In this document: piece after piece, positions 28,723 through 37,982 of the stretch
Numbering within the stretch: position 1 is the stretch's first letter
Layout: every line of letters starts with the position of its first letter
NCBI GenBank assembly: GCA_965226375.1
Contig: CBDDCX010000008.1
Location: 1,088,001-1,152,000 of the forward strand
DNA: 64,000 bases
Direction of reading: 5' to 3'
DNA from: Longimicrobiales bacterium
GTDB taxonomy: Bacteria > Gemmatimonadota > Gemmatimonadetes > Longimicrobiales > Gaopeijiaceae
The notes under the pieces: model-generated
Database searches by the model: none
What the model was told of the DNA's origin: nothing
Seen by the model: the letters and a program-made list of their open reading frames with translations, nothing else
Translations under genes and position numbers: made by a program

Positions 28723-29718
28723 GTGCGGATCGCTCTGGATGCCATGGGCACCGACGAGGCGCCGGCCGTTGAGGTCGCCGGGGCCGTCAGTGCTCTCCAG
28801 GATCCCGAATCTGACTTCGAAATTCTCCTGGTCGGAGATCGCGATACGCTAGAGGCCGAGTTGGAGCTTCATCAGGATTTTCCCGAGGACCGCCTGACCA
28901 TCGTCCACGCCCCGGACCGGGTCCTGCCGGGCGAACCGCCGTCAACCGTCCTCCGCCGCAAGCCCGAATCTTCCATCGCCATCGGCGTAGGCCTCCATAA
29001 GCGTGGAGAAGCCGACGCCTTTATCAGCGCCGGATCGACAGGTGCGGTCATGGCGGCGTCCCTCATCCTCCTCCGCCCTTTACGAGGTGTGGATCGCCCG
29101 GCTATCGGCACCATCATTCCTACGGCCAAGGGACCGCTACTTCTGCTGGACGCCGGTGCCAACGTAGACTGTAAGCCGCACCAGCTGATCCAGTTCGCGC
29201 ACTTGGGAAAGGTCTACGCCCAGGATCTCATGGACATCGCCAGCCCGCGAGTCGGTCTTCTGAACATCGGCGAAGAGCCGAAGAAGGGTGATGAGTTGGC
29301 CGTCGCGACGTATCGCGGCCTTGCAGAGAGCGGTCTCAACTTTGTCGGCAACATCGAAGGCCGTGGGATCGTCGAGGGGGCCTGCGATGTCTTGGTGTGC
29401 GACGGATTTGTCGGAAACGTGCTCCTCAAGTTCTACGAGTCCGTGTCGAGCTTCATCGTGAGCCTTCTCACGAACGCCCTCGGAGAGATCCAGGCGAACC
29501 ACAACCTGGACGAAGTGTTCCGTCTGCTCGACTATACCGAAACGGGTGGCGCGCCCCTCCTCGGCGTCAACGGGATTCCGATCATCTGCCACGGAGGATC
29601 TCCACCCAAGGCGATTCGAAATGCCATCGGCGTGGCGGACAGGGCCGCAAAAGCCTCGATGGTGTCTCACTTCGAGAAGGAGTTCACGATGTCGGTCGTG
29701 GAAGGCGGCAAGGTTTGA
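28723..29718 (+). CDS. plsX: Phosphate acyltransferase
   Basis: RIALDAMG.D, SAGSTGA, LLDAGAN, LLNIGEE..KG, DGFVGN. Confidence 0.96.
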   Translation: MRIALDAMGTDEAPAVEVAGAVSALQDPESDFEILLVGDRDTLEAELELHQDFPEDRLTIVHAPDRVLPGEPPSTVLRRKPESSIAIGVGLHKRGEADAFISAGSTGAVMAASLILLRPLRGVDRPAIGTIIPTAKGPLLLLDAGANVDCKPHQLIQFAHLGKVYAQDLMDIASPRVGLLNIGEEPKKGDELAVATYRGLAESGLNFVGNIEGRGIVEGACDVLVCDGFVGNVLLKFYESVSSFIVSLLTNALGEIQANHNLDEVFRLLDYTETGGAPLLGVNGIPIICHGGSPPKAIRNAIGVADRAAKASMVSHFEKEFTMSVVEGGKV

Positions 29719-30707
29719 AGACGCCGAAGTCCCTGGTTGAGATCGTTTCGACCGGGCGCTACCTGCCGGAGCGTGTCCTCACCAACAAGGATCTCGAGGG
29801 CATAGTGGATACCACAGACGAGTGGATCACCGAACGCACAGGCATCAAGGAGCGGCGCATTGCCGGCGAGGAGGTCAGCGTTGCCAGCATGGGTGATCGG
29901 GCGGCTCGTATGGCCATGAAACGGGCAGGAGTCGAATCGGGAGAAATCGATATTTTGATCCTATCGACGGCCACGCCTGACCGGCTGCTCCCGTCCACGG
30001 CCTGCGACATCCAGGCGTTGCTTGGCGCCGATAACGCGGTGGCGTTCGATATTTCCGCGGCTTGCTCCGGTTGGCTATACGGCCTCACTCTGGCAGAGGG
30101 TTATCTGACCGCCGGTCGTGGGGAAATCGCACTCGTGGTAGCGGCCGAGAAGATGAGCTCCATCGTCGACTGGTCCGATCGTGCCACCTGCGTGCTGTTC
30201 GGAGACGGGGCTGGGGCCGCCGTGGTCCGGAGGTCGGACGGAGTAAGAGGCATTCTGGGCACCCATCACGGTTCGGACGGCAACCTGGCCGCACTCCTCT
30301 ATCGTCCCGGAGGGGGGAACTTGATGCCGATGGACGCCGACGTGCTCGAGAACCGTGATCATCTGGTGAAGATGGCGGGCCGTGAGGTGTTCAAGAATGC
30401 CGTGCGATCCATGGCCGAAGCAGCCAACCTGGCCCTCAAGCAGTCGGGACTCACCTCGGACGATGTCGACCTGATGATCCCACACCAGGCCAACAACCGA
30501 ATCATCGAGGCGACAGCGCGATACTCTGGCATTCCCATGGAAAAGGTCTACGTCAACGTAGACCGCTACGGAAACATGAGCTCGGCTACGATTCCGATTG
30601 CCATGGACGAGGCCGTGGAACAAGGTAGGTTGCTCCCCGACATGAATGTCCTGACCGTGGCCTTCGGAGCCGGCCTCACCTGGGGTGCCCTGGCGCTCCG
30701 CTGGTAG
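29715..30707 (+). CDS. fabH: 3-oxoacyl-ACP synthase III
   Basis: AACSG, LFGDGAGA, PHQAN, YGNMSSA, FGAGLTWG; TTG start overlaps the plsX stop. Confidence 0.96.
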   Translation: MKTPKSLVEIVSTGRYLPERVLTNKDLEGIVDTTDEWITERTGIKERRIAGEEVSVASMGDRAARMAMKRAGVESGEIDILILSTATPDRLLPSTACDIQALLGADNAVAFDISAACSGWLYGLTLAEGYLTAGRGEIALVVAAEKMSSIVDWSDRATCVLFGDGAGAAVVRRSDGVRGILGTHHGSDGNLAALLYRPGGGNLMPMDADVLENRDHLVKMAGREVFKNAVRSMAEAANLALKQSGLTSDDVDLMIPHQANNRIIEATARYSGIPMEKVYVNVDRYGNMSSATIPIAMDEAVEQGRLLPDMNVLTVAFGAGLTWGALALRW

Positions 30708-30740
30708 ATGCCGCCGCGAACCTGAGAGCGCTCCCGCACC

Positions 30741-31673
30741 ATGTCCCTAGCACTACTATTCCCCGGACAGGGGTCCCAACACGTGGGGATGGGCGGAGCA
30801 CTGGCCCAGGCCTATCCCGTGGCCGCCCAAACTTTTGAAGAGGCCGACGACGTTCTGGGCTTCGGCGTCTCCCGGCTGTGCTGGGAAGGCCCGGAAGAGG
30901 AACTGGTTCTCACCAAGAACGCCCAGCCTGCCATGCTTACACACTCGACCGCCGTATGCCGCGTCGTCGCCGATCGCCTGGGTGACGTCGCCATGGCGGC
31001 GGGTCACTCGCTAGGAGAGTTTTCAGCCCACGTCGCCGCAGGCACACTCAGCTTCGCCGACGGGCTACGCACGGTACGTCTGAGGGGTGAACTCATGTAC
31101 TCGGCCGGACAAGATCGCCCGGGTACCATGGCCGCCATCTTGGGACTGGATGATGACGTTCTTGTGGCGATTTGTAAGAAAGCCAGCGCGGAGGCGGGGA
31201 TCTGCGTTCCGGCTAATTTCAATTCCCGGGGCCAGATCGTGATCAGTGGAGACCTAGCCGGAATCGAGTGCGCCATGGAATTGGCAGTCGATAAAGGCGC
31301 AAAGAGAGTCGTTCAACTGAGTGTGTCGGGTGCCTTCCACTCACCGCTGATGAAGCCGGCCGAGGACGGTCTGCGGCAGCACCTGGAAGAAACCGAATTG
31401 GAAGACCCGCGCTACCCGGTGGTAGCGAACGTGACGGCCGAACCGGTGGCATCCGCGACCGGAGCCAGAGACCTTCTCATACGCCAACTGACCTCGCCCG
31501 TCCGATGGTCCGCATCGGTGGGGCACATGGTGGAGTGCGGGGTAGACGGATTTCTCGAGCTCGGACCGGGCTCCGTGCTGCGAGGGTTGAACCGACGAAA
31601 CGCCAAGGGAATCTCCTGTAGCTCCCTCGGAGAGCCCGATGACTTGGACAACTGGGAAGGTCGGGAAGCTTGA
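30741..31673 (+). CDS. fabD: Malonyl-CoA:ACP transacylase
   Basis: FPGQGSQ, GHSLGE, VSGAFHS, ELGPG. Confidence 0.97.
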   Translation: MSLALLFPGQGSQHVGMGGALAQAYPVAAQTFEEADDVLGFGVSRLCWEGPEEELVLTKNAQPAMLTHSTAVCRVVADRLGDVAMAAGHSLGEFSAHVAAGTLSFADGLRTVRLRGELMYSAGQDRPGTMAAILGLDDDVLVAICKKASAEAGICVPANFNSRGQIVISGDLAGIECAMELAVDKGAKRVVQLSVSGAFHSPLMKPAEDGLRQHLEETELEDPRYPVVANVTAEPVASATGARDLLIRQLTSPVRWSASVGHMVECGVDGFLELGPGSVLRGLNRRNAKGISCSSLGEPDDLDNWEGREA

Positions 31674-31675
31674 AC

Positions 31676-32413
31676 ATGAGCGAGTTGAGTGGACAGGTAG
31701 CTCTGGTGACCGGTGGGTCTCGCGGCATCGGTCTGGCGGTGTCGGCGGAGCTGGCTCGAGCTGGATGCACCGTTGCGGTGATCGGTCGAAATGAAGAGGC
31801 GGCCAAGGCGGCCGCGGCTGGCCTGGACGGTGAAGGCCATCGGGCCTACGGATGCGACGTGAGCGACTCTGAAGGCGTGGCCACGGTCGTGAACCAGGTC
31901 ACGGAAGATCTCGGTGCCGTCGACATTCTCGTGAACAACGCCGGCATCACTCGCGACAATCTCTTTATCAGAATGAAGGAAGACGAGTGGGACGATGTCG
32001 TCGCGGTGAACCTCAAGGGCGCCTTCAACATGACAAAGGCTCTCGCCCGGTCCATGATGAAGCGGCGGGGTGGCGTGATCCTCAACATCACGTCGGTAGT
32101 CGGCATTACCGGAAACGCCGGCCAGGCCAACTACGCGGCGTCCAAGGCGGGGCTGATCGGCTTTACCAAGAGCATTGCCAAAGAGCTGGCTTCCAGGGCG
32201 GTGCGATGCAACGCCATTGCCCCGGGTTTCATCACGACCGACATGACAGCCGAGCTTCCCGAGGCGACCGTGGAACAGCTCTATTCCATGATCCCTCTGG
32301 GTCACTTGGGCGAGCCGTCCGACGTGGCCGGACTCGTGCGCTTTCTCGCCGGACCTGCTGCCCGCTACATTACCGGCCAGGTCATTTCGGTGGACGGCGG
32401 GATGGCGATGTGA
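31676..32413 (+). CDS. fabG: 3-oxoacyl-ACP reductase
   Basis: TGGSRGIG, NNAGITRD, YAASK; inside the fab cluster. Confidence 0.96.
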   Translation: MSELSGQVALVTGGSRGIGLAVSAELARAGCTVAVIGRNEEAAKAAAAGLDGEGHRAYGCDVSDSEGVATVVNQVTEDLGAVDILVNNAGITRDNLFIRMKEDEWDDVVAVNLKGAFNMTKALARSMMKRRGGVILNITSVVGITGNAGQANYAASKAGLIGFTKSIAKELASRAVRCNAIAPGFITTDMTAELPEATVEQLYSMIPLGHLGEPSDVAGLVRFLAGPAARYITGQVISVDGGMAM

Positions 32414-32479
32414 GATAGACCTACCCCCGAGAATTCATCGTTACCGATAGCAGCAAGAAATCACCCGTATGGAGGTACC

Positions 32480-32719
32480 ATGGCTGACAACACGGCATCG
32501 AAGGTCAAAGAAATCATCATCAACGAGCTGGGCGTCAACCCGGAAAAGGTCACAGGAGAGGCGTCGTTCGTGGATGACCTCGGAGCCGATTCCCTGGACA
32601 CGGTTGAGCTCGTGATGGCCTTCGAAGAAGAGTTCACCATCGACATCCCCGACGAAGACGCGGAGCAGATGAGGACCGTTGGGGACGCCGTCGCTTATAT
32701 CGAGAAGCATTCTGAGTAG
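32480..32719 (+). CDS. acpP: Acyl carrier protein
   Basis: [20 protein letters not shown]. Confidence 0.98.
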   Translation: MADNTASKVKEIIINELGVNPEKVTGEASFVDDLGADSLDTVELVMAFEEEFTIDIPDEDAEQMRTVGDAVAYIEKHSE

Positions 32720-32752
32720 TCACTCCCGCATGCTTCGGCTGGGCACTCCATC

Positions 32753-34021
32753 ATGACACCACCCACCGAGGGCCGGAGAGTCGTTATCACTGGCCTCGGT
32801 GCGGTCACGCCTCTGGGCAACGATGTGGGGTCCACGTGGGATGCCCTCTTGGCCGGCAAGAGCGGGGGCGCCCCGATCACGCGATTCGAGACCACCGACG
32901 AATTCCCGACTCGATTCGCCTGTGAGGTAAAGGACTTCGATGCGTCCCACCTCCTGGAGCCGAAGGAGGTTCGACGCTTCGACCGCTTCGCCCAATTTGG
33001 AATCGTCGTGGCCGACGAGGCTATGAAGTGGGCGGGACTGGACATCGAGGCAGACGGTATCCAGCCCGAGCGTTTCGGCGTGATCTTCGGCAGCGGAATC
33101 GGTGGCATATCCACGCTTGAAGCTCAGCACGACATCATCAGGGAGAAGGGCCCGAAATGGGTGAGCCCGTTCTTTATTCCGATGTTCATACCCGACATTG
33201 CCGCCGGCCTCATTTCCATTCGATACGGGGCCAAGGGCGCGAACTACGCGACGGTTTCGGCATGTGCCTCGAGCGCACACGCGATCGGTGATGCCACCAG
33301 GTTCATACAGCGGGGCGACGCGGACGTGATGATCGCGGGTGGCGCCGAGGCCACGCTCACTCCCCTGGCGGTGTCCGGGTTCGCCAACATGAAGGCGTTA
33401 TCAACCCGCAACGACGACCCGGAGGGCGCTTCTCGACCTTTTGATGCCGGGCGGGACGGTTTCGTGATCGGCGAGGGCGCCGGATGTGTGCTCCTCGAAG
33501 CACTCGAGACCGCGGTGGGCAGGGGCGCGTCCATTGTGGCTGAGGTTGTCGGGTATGGTGTGTCCGCAGATGCCTACCACATAACCATGCCCGCTCCGGA
33601 GGGGGCAGGGGCTCAGTATGCCATGCGCATGGCTCTCGAGGACGCCGGTCTGGAACCATCGGACGTGGACTATATCAACGCCCACGGAACGTCGACTCTG
33701 GCCAATGATCGGAACGAAACGGCAGCCATCAAAGAGGTGCTGGGCGCCGCCGCGTACTCCGTCGTCGTGAGCTCGACCAAGTCCATGACGGGGCACCTTC
33801 TCGGAGCGGCCGGTGGCGTGGAAGCGGTGATCTGCGCCCTCGTGTGCCAGCATAATCTGATCCCGCCGACCATCAACTACTCCGATCCGGACCCGGACTG
33901 CGATCTCGACTACGCCCAACATGGGGTCGTGGAACGAGACGTGTCCGTGGCCCTCTCCAACTCGTTCGGATTCGGAGGACACAACGTCTGCCTGGCCATC
34001 CGGGCCTGGAACGGGGAGTAG
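32753..34021 (+). CDS. fabF: 3-oxoacyl-ACP synthase II
   Basis: VVITGLG, SACASS, NAHGTST, KSMTGHLLGAAG, NSFGFGG. Confidence 0.97.
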   Translation: MTPPTEGRRVVITGLGAVTPLGNDVGSTWDALLAGKSGGAPITRFETTDEFPTRFACEVKDFDASHLLEPKEVRRFDRFAQFGIVVADEAMKWAGLDIEADGIQPERFGVIFGSGIGGISTLEAQHDIIREKGPKWVSPFFIPMFIPDIAAGLISIRYGAKGANYATVSACASSAHAIGDATRFIQRGDADVMIAGGAEATLTPLAVSGFANMKALSTRNDDPEGASRPFDAGRDGFVIGEGAGCVLLEALETAVGRGASIVAEVVGYGVSADAYHITMPAPEGAGAQYAMRMALEDAGLEPSDVDYINAHGTSTLANDRNETAAIKEVLGAAAYSVVVSSTKSMTGHLLGAAGGVEAVICALVCQHNLIPPTINYSDPDPDCDLDYAQHGVVERDVSVALSNSFGFGGHNVCLAIRAWNGE

Positions 34022-34056
34022 ACCCACCCGCAGTTGGTAGATCGGACGGAAACGCC

Positions 34057-34569
34057 ATGAGGATCGGGTTCGGATACGACTCGCACCGCTTCGACTCGAC
34101 TCGTCCGTTGATGTTGGGTGGAGTCGAAATTCCGGAGCACCCCGGGCTGGCCGGCCATTCCGATGGTGACGCCGTGGCCCACGCGATCGTGGACGCGCTC
34201 CTGGGAGCGGCGGCGGCCGCTGATGTGGGACGCCTTTTCCCTCCGGGTGATGCACAGTGGAAGGATGTCGATTCCATGGACCTTCTGGCCCGAGCCGTCG
34301 TGGTTGTCGAAGAACTCGGTTATCTCGTCTCCAATGTGGACGTCACGGTCATCTGCGAGCATCCCAAGATGTCCGATCACTCGGACTCGATGCGACAACG
34401 ACTCGGGCAGGTGCTCGGGCTTGGGACCGACGCCGTCTCGATCAAGGGTAAGACCGACGAAGGCATGGGATGGATCGGGTCCGGCGAGGGACTGGCGGTC
34501 CACGCAGTGGCTCTGCTCACCACCGCCGAGGAGAACTCCCCGCCGACGCATGACCCTCGCGCCTCCTGA
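34057..34569 (+). CDS. ispF: 2-C-methyl-D-erythritol 2,4-cyclodiphosphate synthase
   Basis: RIGFGYDSHRF, GHSDGD..AHA..DALLGA, DVGRLFP. Confidence 0.95.
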   Translation: MRIGFGYDSHRFDSTRPLMLGGVEIPEHPGLAGHSDGDAVAHAIVDALLGAAAAADVGRLFPPGDAQWKDVDSMDLLARAVVVVEELGYLVSNVDVTVICEHPKMSDHSDSMRQRLGQVLGLGTDAVSIKGKTDEGMGWIGSGEGLAVHAVALLTTAEENSPPTHDPRAS

Positions 34570-34617
34570 GACGACCCCCGGTACTCCTTCAACAGCCTTC
34601 TGAGCATCTTTGATCAA

Positions 34618-35280
34618 GTGGACCAGATCCTAGGCCTCCTGAGCGAAAGTTCTCCCCTTCTCATCTATGTGCTGCTCGGGGTCGGGGCCGCCATCGAAAA
34701 CATCATTCCCCCTATTCCGGCGGACACCTTCGTTCTCCTGGGGGGATTCCTCGCCGCCCGGGGCCACGCCAGTGAAGGCGTAGTGTTCTTGGTGACCTGG
34801 ACCTCCAACGTGCTCTCCGCCCTGGCGGTGTATGCCGCCGGATACCGGTACGGTTCTTCGTTCTTTCGGACACGCCTCGGGCGTTACGTGCTCGATCCCG
34901 ACCAGCTGCAGACGTTGCGCCGGTTCTATCGACGCTGGGGGACCAAGGCCATCTTCTACACGCGTTTCCTGCCCGGCCTGAGAGCCGTCGTGCCGGTCTT
35001 TGCAGGTGTGTCGCATCAGAAGCCACTGCTTGTGGCGTTTCCCATCATGACAGCCTCGGCCATCTGGTATGGTGTCATCGTGTGGGCAGGGGCCTTTGCG
35101 GGTCACAATCTCGAACGAGTCCTGGCGCTGCAGTCCCGCGTGAACCTGACTCTAGCGGCCATCGCGATCCTCTTGGTCGGGCCGGTCGCCTTGTGGTGGT
35201 TCCGATCCCGAAAGAGACGGGGCCGCGAGGCCACCCCGGATGCGGACGTCGCCGCATCCCGCGGACGGGAAGAAGACTGA
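34618..35280 (+). CDS. DedA-family membrane protein
   Basis: ENIIPPIP.D, F.TRFLPGLR; hydrophobic segments. Confidence 0.9.
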   Translation: MDQILGLLSESSPLLIYVLLGVGAAIENIIPPIPADTFVLLGGFLAARGHASEGVVFLVTWTSNVLSALAVYAAGYRYGSSFFRTRLGRYVLDPDQLQTLRRFYRRWGTKAIFYTRFLPGLRAVVPVFAGVSHQKPLLVAFPIMTASAIWYGVIVWAGAFAGHNLERVLALQSRVNLTLAAIAILLVGPVALWWFRSRKRRGREATPDADVAASRGREED

Positions 35281-35282
35281 CC

Positions 35283-36182
35283 TTGGATCCAGGCGGTGCC
35301 TTCCGAGTCGAGCAGTACCTAGACCACCTCAACTTCGAGCGAGGGCTGTCTCCACGAACGGTAGACGCGTACCGACGAGATCTCCTCCGGTTCGTGGAGT
35401 TCGTGGGCGAAGAGGGGCGGAGCAGTCCGGAGAATGTCATGCCCTCCGACGTTCGCAGCTACATGTTGCACCTCAGTGGGTTGGGTCTGGCTCCCACCTC
35501 TGTACGCCGGGCGCAGTCGGCTCTTCGCACCTACTTCAGATTCCTGGTCGAGGAAGGGGTCTCGGACCAGGACCCCACAGAAGGGCTCGAGAGCCCGAGG
35601 GTGGGTCGTCCGCTGCCCGATGTTCTCAACTCGCGCGAAATTCTGGGGCTCCTGGAGGCGCCCCGTCTCGACTCTCCTGTCTACTGGCGGGACAAGGCCA
35701 TCCTCGAGGTGCTGTATGCTACAGGCGTGCGTGTTTCGGAGCTCATCGGCCTGAAGATCACCAACGTCGATCTCGATCTCGGACTTTGCACCGTATGGGG
35801 AAAGGGGGCCAAGGAGCGCATCGTGCCGTTGGGAGGGCCGGCTCGGGTGGCCCTGCACCGTTTTCTACAGGACGTGCGGCCAGAGCTGGACCGGGGATCG
35901 AGTGGCGGTCACGTGTTCCTAAACAGGAAGGGTGGGCCACTCTCTCGAACGGCGATCTGGAATCTTGTGCGAGAGGCGGCGCGCGCCGCAGGCCTCAGCA
36001 AAAAGGTCTCCCCGCACACCCTGCGCCACACCTTCGCGACCCATCTTCTGGAGGGGGGTGCCGACCTTGTGGCGGTGCAGGAGCTACTAGGTCACGCCGA
36101 CATCTCGACCACTCAGATCTACACACATGTGGATCGAGAATACCTACGGGGTGTGCACAAGAAATATCATCCCAGGTCCTGA
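35283..36182 (+). CDS. xerD: Site-specific tyrosine recombinase XerD
   Basis: ERGLS..T..AYRRDL, YATG.RVSEL, GKG.KERIVP, HTLRH.FATHLL.GGADL..VQELLGHADISTTQIYTHV, YHPR. The start codon is approximate. Confidence 0.9.
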   Translation: MDPGGAFRVEQYLDHLNFERGLSPRTVDAYRRDLLRFVEFVGEEGRSSPENVMPSDVRSYMLHLSGLGLAPTSVRRAQSALRTYFRFLVEEGVSDQDPTEGLESPRVGRPLPDVLNSREILGLLEAPRLDSPVYWRDKAILEVLYATGVRVSELIGLKITNVDLDLGLCTVWGKGAKERIVPLGGPARVALHRFLQDVRPELDRGSSGGHVFLNRKGGPLSRTAIWNLVREAARAAGLSKKVSPHTLRHTFATHLLEGGADLVAVQELLGHADISTTQIYTHVDREYLRGVHKKYHPRS

Positions 36183-36204
36183 CCGCACATCACCGTCGCA
36201 CCGT

Positions 36205-37824
36205 CTACCGGCTCCGCGAGTCTTCCTCGTCCTTGTCCCCCTTCAGGCCGGCTGCGGCCGTGAAGAGCTCGGACTGCGTGCTGGCGTCACCCAGGAGTCG
36301 AATGGCTTCGGCGAGCACTGGATCGCGCTCAGAGCGAATCTCCATGGAGCGACCCATCTGCTCCATGCGCTCGGCGACGCGTGCGGATACGCGCCACTCC
36401 AGGTAGTCACCGATCACCTGACTTTCGACGTATCGTGCTTCTACGCCTTCTTCCGAGAGTGCGTCGAGGAACGCCTCGAAATCACTCGGATCGACTCCGG
36501 GCGCCTCGCCGGTGTTGCGGCGGGAGTCGGCCTGGGAGAACGCAAATTCCTCGATGCGTAACACGAGGGGAACTTGATCCCGGGCCGCCTGAGACAGAAA
36601 CTCCCGCTCGATCAGGGTCAGAGTGTCGTTGGCGATCTCGAGATCGGGAAAAATTCCGCCGCCCGCCACCAGGTTACGACCAGACTTGGTCGTAACCACA
36701 GGAAACGTATCCGGATCCTCGGGAAGGGGCCGCCCCTGTGCCGTCCTGGGCCGGTGAAGAGATCGCCCCAACGGCGTGAACCACTCGCCGGTGGTAAGGC
36801 GCAAGTGCCGCGTTTCCGTCAGGCGAAACACATTCTGGAATATGCCCTTGCCGAATGTTCGCTCACCGATCACGAGGGCCCGATCGTGATCCTGGAGCGC
36901 CCCCGCTACGATTTCTGCCGCGGAGGCGGAGTAGCGATCGACGAGCACGATGACCGGCTTGTTCGGAAACATGTCCGGCATCCGAGCATCCCAGGTCTCG
37001 TCCTGATTGCGGCCGGCCTCACCGGGAACACGGCTCTCTGCGCTGGCGAGCCGAAGGCCCCGGTCGAGGAACAGGTCGCCGATCATCAGCGACTCGTCCA
37101 GATACCCGCCCGGATTGCCCCTCAGGTCGAGGATCACTCCCTTGGCCGAACGGAACTTCACCAGGGCAGAATCCACTTCCTGAGACGCCGCACGAGCCAC
37201 CCGGTCGAGCCCGATGTACCCCACTTCGTCACCGACAATACCGGACACCACGGCCGAGACGTGTACGCTGTCTCGCCGAATGGTGGGGTTCAGGGCGGCC
37301 ATGAGGCCCTCCCTGGCGATCGCGAGCCTTACGGGCGTGCCCACCGGGCCGCGGATGGAGTCCGAGGCCTGCCCGGTGCTCCAGCCTTCGGTGCTCTGAT
37401 CGTTCACCCCGATGATCAGGTCTCCGACCTGGATGCCGGACCGTTCCGCCGGCGTTCCCCTGAAGACCGCAGTGATGGTGATGGCTTCATTGAGATTCGT
37501 GATCTGTACACCGATGCCGGCGTAGTTCCCGGTGTTGTCTTCCTGGAACTGATCGAACTGCTCCGGGGTGAAGACCTGGGCGTACGGGTCGGCCAGCTCA
37601 CGAATCAGGCCTTCCACGGCCCGGTCCCACAGAGCCGAGTCGCCCACAGCCTGCAGCCCGTAGTCACGAATGGCCTGGAAGGCACCCAGGAACGTCTGAG
37701 CCCCACTGGAGACGGATGGCAGCGCATTGTCTCGCACCGACCCATTGGTTCCGGCGGTTTGGCCGGCTACGGGCGCGACTACGAGAACGGCCGACAGCAG
37801 GCCGATGAGCGTCTTCCGAGTCAT
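36205..37824 (-). CDS. S41 C-terminal processing peptidase (CtpA/Prc-like)
   Basis: Signal peptide, PDZ region, LDLRGNPGG, SASAAEIVAGALQD.DRA.VIGERTFGKG. Confidence 0.93.
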   Translation of the reverse strand: MTRKTLIGLLSAVLVVAPVAGQTAGTNGSVRDNALPSVSSGAQTFLGAFQAIRDYGLQAVGDSALWDRAVEGLIRELADPYAQVFTPEQFDQFQEDNTGNYAGIGVQITNLNEAITITAVFRGTPAERSGIQVGDLIIGVNDQSTEGWSTGQASDSIRGPVGTPVRLAIAREGLMAALNPTIRRDSVHVSAVVSGIVGDEVGYIGLDRVARAASQEVDSALVKFRSAKGVILDLRGNPGGYLDESLMIGDLFLDRGLRLASAESRVPGEAGRNQDETWDARMPDMFPNKPVIVLVDRYSASAAEIVAGALQDHDRALVIGERTFGKGIFQNVFRLTETRHLRLTTGEWFTPLGRSLHRPRTAQGRPLPEDPDTFPVVTTKSGRNLVAGGGIFPDLEIANDTLTLIEREFLSQAARDQVPLVLRIEEFAFSQADSRRNTGEAPGVDPSDFEAFLDALSEEGVEARYVESQVIGDYLEWRVSARVAERMEQMGRSMEIRSERDPVLAEAIRLLGDASTQSELFTAAAGLKGDKDEEDSRSR

Positions 37825-37982
37825 CAATTCTCTCTCAGTGGATGCGATGTATTCGGGCCGGGTTTCTAACCCCAAGCCGTAGGCCCGCGTTCCCTCTTGA
37901 AGATAGGGCTACGACTTAGACGCCGGACTCCTTACTTTTGCCAAAACACCTTTCCCCGTCGACGTCCTGGGAGACGCCGCCG

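Noticed and set aside
35283..36182. Tyrosine recombinase as a prophage or island integrase
   Set aside because: It has XerD-type length and C-terminus, sits in a housekeeping operon, and has no att or phage genes beside it.
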